Source of the DNA: Tubulanus polymorphus
Lineage: Eukaryota > Animalia > Nemertea
Direction of reading: 5' to 3'
Assembly (NCBI RefSeq): GCF_964204645.1
Contig: NC_134026.1
Coordinates: forward strand, 28,058,150 to 28,122,149
Length of the DNA: 64,000 bases
Part shown: positions 42,881-53,700 of the stretch, in pieces
How the letters are laid out: the number at the start of each line of letters is the position of its first letter
Numbering within the stretch: the first letter of the stretch is position 1
Position numbers and translations under genes: made by a program
Notes under the pieces: model-generated
The model's input: the letters and a program-made list of their open reading frames with translations, nothing else
Told to the model about the DNA's origin: nothing
The model's database searches: none

Positions 42881-42950
42881 ACCTCAGAACAGCAAAATAT
42901 GAAGCTACCTCAGAGAAGCGAGTTTAGCTCCACCTCAGGGAAGCGAGTTT
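42881..42950 (+). repeat. Short direct repeats (~25-bp period) in the divergent intergenic region
   Basis: ACCTCAGAGAAGCGAGTTT (42907-42925), ACCTCAGGGAAGCGAGTTT (42932-42950), partial ACCTCAGAACAGC (42881). Confidence 0.8.
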
Positions 42951-43705
42951 GACTGGTAAATTTAAAATTTACTGTTTGTATTAATACTCATATAAGAGAT
43001 TATTTGATATAACATATTTTTGTACGAAAAACGACTTCTCGATATACTATGAAAATAAATAAACACTATTTAAGGTTAAAAGATTATGCTAGAATCAGAG
43101 AAAATGGTATTAAAATGGCAAACATTGAGGGACTATATTCATCCGCTCGATATACAAAAAGTGTAATTGGGCATTTCAAGATTCAGCGCGAATGGCGGCG
43201 GCAGTGGAAACGTTATTAATCCTTTTGTAAATTTGTTTTACAATCTTATTGTAAATGGTGACTATATTTAGTTACCATAATTTAATATATTGTAACTGTG
43301 GAATAATCTTTAATTCAGGTGAGCCGTCACAAACTTCTCAGTTTTCTGATTTTGATCTTTATTCTAGCGATTAATTCTCAAAACATGAAAAAATCAAATA
43401 TCAATACAAATTTAAATTCATGCCGTGGTTGAACTTATCTTGCATTTTGTAATTTTTTTCGTATTCGTTTGTTTTGGGTGTTGATAAAAACGCTTACAGT
43501 GAATAAATCCATAAATCATTTTAATAGAACACAGCTGAAGGATATCTATCTGATGTCAAAAGCTGTTTAAAAACAATAAACATTGCGCAATTGTGTGTTG
43601 TTGTCCAAATGTGGAATGGAATTGAATTTTGGACCCATGAATTTTGAACCCTTTACCTGCTAAACATGCTAAGCAATGTTATCTCTTTTTTTAGAATAAA
43701 TAAAA

Positions 43706-46700
43706 ATGGCAACATTGTACGGAAAAATTGTTATTATTAAGAAGAAAGGTGGTGGTGATGGAACTAATTATCCCCTGACTGCAACTTCGTGTCTGTTTGG
43801 AAGGTGAGCAATATCGCCTTGAAGAAGACATAATAGAGAACTTATTTCATTCATCTCTAGCTAAACAGCTGAATTTTCTTCATTTTGATTTTGTAGGGCT
43901 GAAGAGTGCGATATTCGCATTCAACTTCCCAATGTTTCTGATAAACATTGCCGTCTTGAAGTTAATCAAAACGGAGAGGTAAAGTTCACTCGATTTGTTG
44001 AAAAAATAACTAAAAACTTACATGCTCCGTTTTATTAGTAACGTAAAGCATTATTTTGAATTTCAGGTTTTCTTAACTAATCTTAGTAATGTCAACCCGA
44101 CTTTAATCAACGGAAAGATTCTCCCTAATAATACGAACAAGTTAAATCATAAAGATGTTTTTACTATCGATCGCAGTTTCCGGTTTGAATTCCCCCCTGG
44201 ATCGCCGTATCGAAACAGTCCCACGAAAGGCACTCCCGTAAAGATTTCAACTCCCACTAAAGTATTAACACCTCTTGTAAGTTATCAATCATCAGAGCAT
44301 TTCTATCTCTCATTAACTTAAACTGACAATTGTATTCTTAATTCAAGGCAAAATCTGCAAATGTGCAAACGAAGACAGTATCGCCTGTGAAATCTGTACC
44401 CATTCAAAAAGTGATGCCCTTCGTGCAACCAGAAGGTGCGCCGATTACATCATCAATAGTCGAACATACAGGTGATTCGACATCCAGCACAAAGATTTTG
44501 ACACCGAAAAAGAAGTATCAAACGCCGACAAAAACAACAACGCCGGTGAATGATCCGACTCCTCACAAGGTTTTGACGCCGAAACAAAAGCTGTTGACTC
44601 CTCAGATTGCTCAACGAACAGACCCTAAAACGCTTTCTCCATCGAAAACACCAGGACGTAAATCAGAACAACTTAGTTCTCCGCAGGTAGCCCGTAAAAC
44701 CCCTGGCAAGATAAAGATTCTCACACCTAAAGCTAAGCCACCCAAACCTGGTAAATATATGATTTAAGTCGAATCAGTTGTAAAAGATGATGTATGCCTA
44801 CTTACTATTAACACTGGGTGTTTTATTTTCAGTTGGTGTACAATCGGCAAAGAAGATTCACTCTGTATCGCCAGTGGCTTCCCCTGCAAAAAGGTCACGT
44901 TCATTGTCTCCAACTGGACTAAAGAAAACTGCCAGATCACCGAGAAAGTCGCTCTCTCAGCCGCCGGCTTCTAATACTACTGCAATGATAGCTAGTGTAG
45001 CTTCATCTCCAGCTGTGGGTGAAGCGTATCGAAAAGGCCAATCTGGAAAAAAGGTAATTGGAATTTGGGTTGAATCATACAATACAAGTTATGCACTTGC
45101 CTGTGACTGGAAAAAGATATGCTTTACAAATGAGTGCTAGGTGAAAAATGTATCTAATGGTTCTATTTTAGATGTCGCCATTTGGTAGTCCCCGAGCTCC
45201 ATCAAAAACACCATTGAAAACTGGCATTACGAAGCTTCGCCGAGAGTCTGATCCTGTTGAAGAGTTAGATGAATCTGAGAGCCCAAAACCTTCAACCCCT
45301 CAAAGTGCAAAGAAGAAACTGTCTATGCGAGGTAGCAGTGGACGAAGTCAGAAACGTAAAACTCCCGACACAACAGTAACATCTCCAGTAGCGAACAAAC
45401 GTGGAAGAGTTTTCTTTGGACCGCAGTTAAGTCCTGAGCAGTTCGACAAGGCTTTACCCCCTTTGACACCGGTTAAAAGGGGATCAGTTCCACGGCGTTC
45501 GTTAGGCGTGCAACCTACCTCTACTCCTCTGATGAAGAAAAATAAAAGGCATTCGGTGGCAGTTCCGCAGCACACAATGATACGTGAAGAAAGTCCGGCA
45601 TCTTCAAAGAGGAAATCGCCCGCGAGTAAAACAACACCAACAAGTTCGCCGCAATCTAAAACTCCTAAGAAATCGAATTTGAAAACTCCAAAGGGAACAC
45701 CGGCAATATCGGTAAAGTCACCACAGGCATCGAGTTCTTCCCCAGCCGCGAAGACCCCTAAAAAGTCAACTCCGAGTAAATCACCCAACAGTAGAAAGTC
45801 ACCCAAGACTACACCAAAAACATCTGAAAAATCAACTCCAGTTAAATCACCAAATAGAAAGTCACCCAAGTCTACACCAAAAACATCTCCCAAAAAATCA
45901 CTCAAATCAAAAGATTCTCCAATTACGAAGACACCGGATAAACCGAAGAGCCCGAAAAATCAATCTCCTAAAGTTAGGGCTGCAGCTAAGACGCCAACGC
46001 CTAAGAAAACACCAGCTTCAAGTCGTAAAACCTCTACGAAGAAAAAGGTGATTGCCAGTAAAGTAACGACAAAAACTGCACGTGGTCGGCCATCAATCGG
46101 CAGCGGGAAAGCGAACAGAAGGAAGTCAGCTCCTCTTCCCAATGAAAATACTAAGTCGAAAGTCACGAAGAAAACAAGAAAAAGTATGTCGGCGATCGAC
46201 AAAGTAGACGGTCCCGCTTCCATTCCGAAGATTTTGAAAGCTAAGACCGCTTCGAAATCACCAAAAAATCGAGTTACGCCGAAAGCCTTGAAAGCTTTGG
46301 TACCAAAAGGGAAAAGTCCTGGAGTAACCGATTTCGAATCGCCACCAATCGATATAAAGAAAGCTGTGGCTGTTAGAGCTATTCTCGGGAAAGCAGCGAC
46401 TCCAAAATTGACGCCAGCGATGAAGAAGCAGGCGTCCATCGTGCATGCTGCATCTGCTAAAAAGATACGTACTTCATCAGCCAAGAAAACGCCGGCTCGA
46501 GTTCCAGCCAAATCGAAGACTCCAAAGCAATCGTGGTCGCAGATTGTTCGAAAGGGAGTGGCTGCTCAGAAGGCGGTTACTGTGAAGAAAAAGTATGTCC
46601 AACAAAAGGCTGCAAGAGTTGTCAAAAAGACGGCACAAAAATCTCGTGTAAGTTTTGAAGAACTAGATTTTGTATATGTCGATCCAGGTCCTGGTATGGA

Positions 46701-49513
46701 TTCTAATACTTGACTTCTTTTTGCACAGGTCATGCCGAAGACCCCAAGAACTAAAATGGCCATGAACGAAGTAAAAACCACTGGACATGCGGAGTCACCC
46801 GTTACGTTAATCATCCGCAAAAAGATTGCGAAGACTCCAAAACCATTGCCTAAGAAAGGACAAAAACAACCATTGGTAAGTCCGACTTAGAACCTCAAGG
46901 TTTAGAAATAAGCACAAGCCATAGAAAAGCTGTTTTCTCCTTAATTCAAGCCCTCTGACTGTAATTTGAAATATTATCAGTTGAATTTTATACTTTGAAT
47001 TTATTATTCACTCAATTTTTTAGAACGCGAATGCAAATGACGACGCAGAAACCAGTTTTACTGGATTAACGGATATGATGAAGACTCCGGCAACTAAATT
47101 GGTTACTGAAGATCATTCCCTGTATGATGATATACCGGATACACCGAAAAGTCCTGGTGAGATGATTGTTTCTCCATCTGTTTCTTCAACGAAGAAGAAA
47201 CCGGAAGATGATATCGTTTATTCAGGAACTAAGCGACTATTCAAGACACCGCGACAAAAATCTGAAGCCAAATCTCCAACCGTAGGCGCCATCAATAGGC
47301 TGTTTGCAACACCAAAAACTAAAAAACCTCTGCAGTCGCCGGCAACTGGGGCATTGTCTAAAATGTTTGCGTCGCCAAGAACTCGAGTCATTCCATCTTC
47401 ACCAGACGGGGAAGCTATTTCTACAATGTTTATGTCACCATCGCCGGTGAAACGTAAGCGTGACAGCAATGTCGGAATGAGCAGTTCAAAAAAAGTCAAG
47501 TTGACTCCTGAATCATCGAAGAAGATTCGAACCCCGACTAAATCTACTTCCAAGTCTCCGAGGCGCAAGAGCAAATCTCCGAACAAGTTGATCGTGAAAA
47601 TCCCAAGTCCTGCTAAGTCACCTGTCAAAGCTGATTCATCAATACAAGTTCAGGTATGTTTTACTTAAAGTCTCAGTCAAATATGTCATTACTCAACTGT
47701 CATTTGAATTAAGTCTCTATGTAACTAATGTATTTTTAGGGTTCTTCTCAGAAACGAAAATCATCAACACCAGCTGAACAATCTCCCGTTAAAAAGATAC
47801 TGAAACTGGATGCTGATGCCACTAATGTCGTTGTGCAGGAAAACTTGAATCTTCCAGAAAATGTTGATATGCCTTCTCAAACTGAGCCATCACCAGTGAA
47901 ACCTAGAGGACGAAGAGGTAAAGCCGTAGCAACTGAAGAGAAATCTCCTGTAAAACCCAGACCTAGTAGAAGGGGTAGGGCTGCAGCAGTTGAGATGCCT
48001 GTCCAGGAGGAAACTACAGTGAAACCGACCAGAGGCTGCCGTGGCCAAAAGAGCCAAGCTGTTACTGATGAAGAACCAGTTGAACAAACCCCTGTCAAAC
48101 CAGCTCGAGGCCATAAAGGCAAAGCTGTAGAAACTAGTGAGGAACCGGCTAAACCAACACCTGTTAAACCAGCTCGAGGTCGTAGAGGCAAAGTTGTAGA
48201 AACTAGTGAGGAACCAGCTGAACCAACCCCTGTTAAACCAGCTCGAGGTCGTAGAGGCAAAGCTGTAGAAACTGGTGAGGAACCGGCTGAACCAACACCT
48301 GTTAAACCAGCTCGAGGTCGTAGAGGCAAAGCTGTAGAAACTGGTGAGGAACCAGCTGAACCAACACCTGTTAAACCAGCTCGAGGTCGTAGAGGCAAAG
48401 CTGTAGAAACTAGTGAGGTACCAGCTGAGCCAACACCTGTTAAACCAGCTCGAGGCCGTAAAGGCAAAGCTGTAGAAACTGGTGAGGTACCAGCTGAGCC
48501 AACACCTGTTAAACCAGCTCGAGGCCGTAAAGGCAAAGCTGTAGAAACTAGTGAGGAACCAGCTGAACCAACACCTGTTAAACCAGCTCGAGGTCGTAGA
48601 GGCAAAGTTGTAGAAACTAGTGAGGAACCAGCTGAACCAACACCTATTAAACCAGCTCGAGGTCGTAGAGGCAAAGCTGTAGAAACTAGTGAGGAACCAG
48701 CTGAACCAACACCTATTAAACCAGCTCGAGGTCGTAGAGGCAAAGCTGTAGAAACTAGTGAGGAACCAGCTGAACCAACACCCGTTAAATTAGCTCGAGG
48801 TCGTAGAGGCAAAGCTGTAGAAACTGGTGAGGTACCAGCTGAGCCAACACCTGTTAAACCAGCTCGAGGTCGTAGAGGCAAAGCTGTAGAAACTGGTGAG
48901 GTACCAGCTGAGCCAACACCTGTTAAACCAGCTCGAGGTCGTAGAGGCAAAGTTGTAGAAACTAGGGAGGAACCAGCTGAATCAAAAGCCACACGTGGTA
49001 AAGCTGTTATGGTCACTGAAGCACCAGCCTCTCCAGAAAAGAAAGTAACACCAATCAAACCAACACGAGGCAGAAAGGCTAAAGTTGTAGAAACAGTTGA
49101 AAAATTAAGTCCAGTCAAACCTAAATCCAGGCGTGGTAAAGCTGTCGTTGTTGAGACAACAGCAGAGGAGGAAACTACATCGAAACCCACCAGAGGGCGC
49201 CGTTTAAAGAAGGTTGTTGCTGAAGAACCAGAAACAACAGTTGAAGAGTCGGCCCAGACCAAGTCTACTGGACGTCGTGGTAAATCAGCTGCCGTAAAAA
49301 GGGCTAATTCACCAGTTGGTAAGTTTTGTTGTAGAAAGATAAATAGATAGAGTTGTTATTTTTCTGTTGTTTTCATATTTCATATTTTTCTTAGCTGAAA
49401 CATCGGAAGAGGAATCTCCAAAGAAGCGAAGTCGAACAGCGCGTGCAAAGAAGGAAACGGTGGCCACTAAATCTCCAGTAGCTCAACGTACTACACGATC
49501 CAGGAAAAAATAA
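43706..49513 (+). CDS. MKI67: Proliferation marker protein Ki-67 homologue
   Basis: ATG 43706. FHA domain (GKIVIIKKKGGGDGTNYPLTATSCLFGRAEECDIRIQLPNVSDKHC..NPTLING..DVFTIDRSFRFE). PP1-binding RVFFGPQLSPEQFDKALPPLTPVKRG. Conserved SWSQIVRKG..TTGHAESP. FKELF-like motifs (KRLFKTP, NRLFATP). Basic tail RTTRSRKK*. Ten coding exons; stop 49511-49513. Confidence 0.93.
48070..48981 (+). repeat. Coding minisatellite, 69-bp unit x ~13 (EEPAEPTPVKPARGRRGKAVETS)
   Basis: Near-identical units directly visible; period 69 (e.g. aaagctgtagaaact at 48121 and its variant at 48190). Confidence 0.97.
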
Positions 49514-49576
49514 ATCATCGGTGCATTACAAGCGTGTATATTTCAGTTCAATATCTGTGCAGGACTATGTAATTAA

Positions 49577-49797
49577 GGCTAAACAAAAATGATACCTTGT
49601 TTCTCTGCAGCGGCCGGGTCATTTTTGTAAAATATGATTTTATAAATAGTTCATTTCTATAGCGGCCGGGCCAGGTCTGTTATGGTAAAATTGATCACGA
49701 TTTAAAAAAAAGTAATGTATAGGGTAGATAGGCGGCCGGCCGGGTCAACATTTAAGCTCAGCAGAGCGGAGAAACAAGGTATCAATTTTTTTCAGCC
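49577..49797. mobile_element. MITE, PIF/Harbinger-like, in the Ki-67 3' UTR region
   Basis: ~32-bp imperfect TIRs (GGCTAAACAAAAATGATACCTTGTTTCTCTGC / GCGGAGAAACAAGGTATCAATTTTTTTCAGCC), TAA on both flanks, three internal GCGGCCGGG repeats. Confidence 0.85.
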
Positions 49798-50741
49798 TAA
49801 TTGTGTAAATTGTTGGTAATGTAATAAGCAATTATCTCAGTCTTACTATAAATAAGTGCAATGTAGTTTGGTTCTGAATATATCTGTCAATCAAACAGGA
49901 TGTACTACATTGAACATGTACCTAGTTGCATGCAGTAAGAGTGAATATAAATAGTATCAACATGGGTCAAGGTTATACATGTAAATGAAATAAAAGCAAT
50001 AATTAGGTTTGCGAATATGGCCTCTAAGGTAAAAGTTTTGACTTTGTGGGCTCGGGCTGGAAAATGAGTCAGTTGTACCGGTACTTGTAAATAGTTTTAA
50101 AATGTGTAAATACATAGCATTTACTTGTCTTTTTAATGTTTTGTATAATGAATATACAAATATTTTTATATTTACCAGTGTATTTATATCGAGTACAGTT
50201 ATTTAAGTTGTGTAACATGCATGACTATTGAATAAGTGAAATTTAGTGCATTTATTGTGTGCATTTAGATTTGAAGTCAGTTTATTAAATACTGCCATTT
50301 TCAAAGTGAATATTTTACCCAGGAACCATCCATTTTGACAAACCAACAAATTTTTAGATCTTCGATAATTCATGTATTTTTGTATTATTCCCTCAAATTC
50401 CTTAAATACCGTACATGTTTTGTGTTGTATTAGAATATCAAAGTATCAAGAAATTATACATTTAGTAGAGCCGATATTATTGTTTGTCGTTATTTTTTTC
50501 TGGACTGCGATCTTGCCAGGATATGAGAATAAACGATTTGGACGGTAGATGGATAAGGATTTATGGGATTCGAACTCGGTGGCGTTGAACGTGTTACTTC
50601 CGGTGTAACCAGGAGACGCCATTACAGAAGCTTTGACAGTTGTGTCAAAATCAATCAAATATCTTTCGACATCGGCTTATTCCCTGAATTATTTGTTTCT
50701 GTTAATGTCCCTGAAGGGAATATAGGAAATATTTGTTCACT

Positions 50742-53700
50742 ATGTGGAAACTTAGAGAAATCACTGACAAAGTGTAAGTAGAAATTCGATTTGAACCAAG
50801 AGAATTTTTGACAGCTAAGTAAGGAAATCAATGTTTTGATTGAAAGACAAACTAACAAGAAGAGCCGTTTACTGCCATCTTACGCTTTATAGTTTGGAAA
50901 TCTATGTTAGCGTAAAGGTCTAACTGCAGTTAAGGTCACCTCAGTCAGAGTGGTGCTAAAACTAAAAGAATAGTGTGTGATGAGGAAAAAGGACACCTAA
51001 AAACTGCAGTCGCTCCAGTTGTTGTTACTGTTAGTTTGCAGATTCGACAGTTGTAGGCTAACAGAGAAGTCTTGAACAGATAACCTCCCTAGTATAGTTA
51101 GATCAACTCATCTCAGTTATCATTCTATGTATTTGTAGCACCAATGTGGTGATGAACTATTCTGAAGTCGAGGCAAAAGTTCGAGACGCTACGAATGACG
51201 ATCCCTGGGGACCGACCGGTACCGTCATGCAAGAGATTGCGCAATATACGTTTACATACGAACACTTTCCAGAAGTGATGGGTATGCTGTGGAAACGTAT
51301 GTTACACGATAATAAGAAAAACTGGCGCAGAGTTTATAAAGTAAGTTTATGAAAATCTCTTGTTAAAGTTTATTTTATTATTGGCTTACATGGCTAATCT
51401 GACCCTAAGCTAATTAACACCGATTTTTCTAAGACCTTCATTATTTTTGGAATTTTTAATTTGACAAATGGACGTCGAAACAAACGTAGAAACAAACAAC
51501 GTAATGTGAAAAATAGAATTAAACTATACTTGGACAATTATAACAATCATAGTTTATAATCCAAGCCCTGACTTATATTGACAAATTTACTGTTTGTACC
51601 TAGTATTGTAGTTTATCTTGTCATTATACCAAGTTATTATTAAAGATAAACTTCTAAATTTATTATATATTTAGGGATTATTACTTTTGGCTCATTTGGT
51701 GCGAAACGGTTCAGAGCGTGTTGTTACAAGCTCTAGAGAACATATCTATGATTTGCGACAACTTGAAGCGTACACATTCGTCGATGAAAATGGCAAAGAC
51801 CAAGGCATTAATGGTAAGACTCATAATTCCGTATATTTTCTGTTTAATTCCATTAAATTGGAAATGACAAAATGATCAGAGTTTGGAGAAAGCTTACGTG
51901 ATCACTCTCATTATATCAGTGTTTCTCGGAGAAAAGTTTAATGAATGCCTCCCTGAATGTTTTCAGTGCGACAAAAAGGAAAAGATCTGCTCGAATTGAT
52001 ACAAGACGACGACCGATTGAGGGATGAACGTAAACGAGCCAAGAAAAATAAAGATAAATACGTCGGCTTGTCAGGTGAATCAATGGCGTATCGCTATAGT
52101 AAGTACATGTATGCATAATTTTCGCCATGTTGATTGATTGGTATTGCAAGACCTTTATCATTCATCATTACTCATTTAATAGGGTATAGATTTTACATCG
52201 CATTAGGTTCAGTTTTTTGTTCGAAACACTGTGGTGGTTTTGAAATGATCTAATTTGAAAATGACAATATATGTATACATACGTTATGTTTTTATTGAAA
52301 GCATCTCCACTACAGCTTCAAATAGGATTAGGTCAGTGACCAACCACAGTATGTTTTACTAGATAGATCACCACATTTCACACTTAAAAACAAATAAGAC
52401 ATTTATCATTATATATGCTATATGATTTTTGCACATTTTATCAATTCCTGACTACAGAAAGAGAAGTTTTATCAGTTTATACTTAGTATGTAATTTGCCC
52501 TTTGGAAAACTCAACTGATACTAATTGTCCTCACTCAACATGGTAATGAATTTGCAACATGCGTGTGCATGGCTTATTGTATTCAAATGTATTCTGGAAG
52601 TTCATTTCTGTTGTCACTTTTTTATTCTATGAATGTTTTATCGTGTTAGTTGAATGTTGTTTTTTTCACTTCGCGCTTCATCGAAGTCTCGTTTAAAACA
52701 AAGTACTAAGTTAATCAAATGCTTATTTAATTGTAGATTAGATAAATGTCAGTAATTTCAGTTTCTAATTTTTTCCTTATTTACAATATTCTTTCACCCT
52801 TTCAAATCGTTTCCAATGTTAGCGTGCAAAATGTATGTTGTACTCAACTCACAGTTGTTTTTCCCGTTTAATTCTTAGGTGATAGATATGACGAAGAACC
52901 TCGACGAAAATCAAAATTAGATGATTTTGACGAGTTCGATAAAGGCAACAAATCCAAAGCCGTTGAAGCTTTAGATAAAGTAAAAGAACTATGGCACAGT
53001 CGAAGCCGAAGTTTTGATGATGGATCTGATCACAGGTAAGCTTGTTGTATTCTATCGGAAAGATAACTGTCAGCGAACTGTTGTTTAATCAGTTTTACAC
53101 CACACTGAAAGTCTATTTTCAGCACGTATTTGTATTCGGTGATAAAAATACGAATTACATAGCCTAAGATTATTTTGAGGAAATTTTTGTATTGTATTTG
53201 GTTTTTTCGAAGATCGTATTCATCGAATAATTTATTAGAGTTGATTTTTTTTGTAGATCTTCTCTCTTTTAATCTCATTAATTTTTCAGTTTTTCATCTC
53301 GTTCTATTGCTATCGAATTAACATCAAACGTAATGATTACATTACAGAGCTTCAATACACAAATTTTAGCTGATCTTCTGCTGTTGATAAAAGTGTGACT
53401 GAGAGCAGTTTGCATGTTCCAAATAGCATGATTATAACAATGGGCTCTACATGTATATTCACTAACCTTTAAGATCTCACTTTTGATGGATGTACGGGTC
53501 TGGTATAAAACGATGAAAAGGGGAAAACAATCCTATATTATATCGTTTTATCGTTCATCATGAATGCCCCCTAATGTCTTGTTTTATCTTCCCATTATTA
53601 TCAACAGATATTCTGCACAACCTGAGGAACAGACAGGTTCTGGTTCTTCTCCCCCGTGGGCAAAGAAAAGGTATTTGCATCTAACTCGGGATCAGTCTTT

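Noticed and set aside
45348-46511. 185-aa and 183-aa minus-strand ORFs
   Set aside because: Antisense to the low-complexity K/S/T/P-rich Ki-67 exon; no independent splice or domain evidence.
48070-48981. Regular repeat array as a CRISPR-like locus
   Set aside because: No unique spacers, in-frame coding, eukaryotic context.
47877-49262. 461-aa minus-strand ORF
   Set aside because: Antisense shadow of the Ki-67 69-bp coding repeat; a stop-free unit repeated gives a long ORF automatically.
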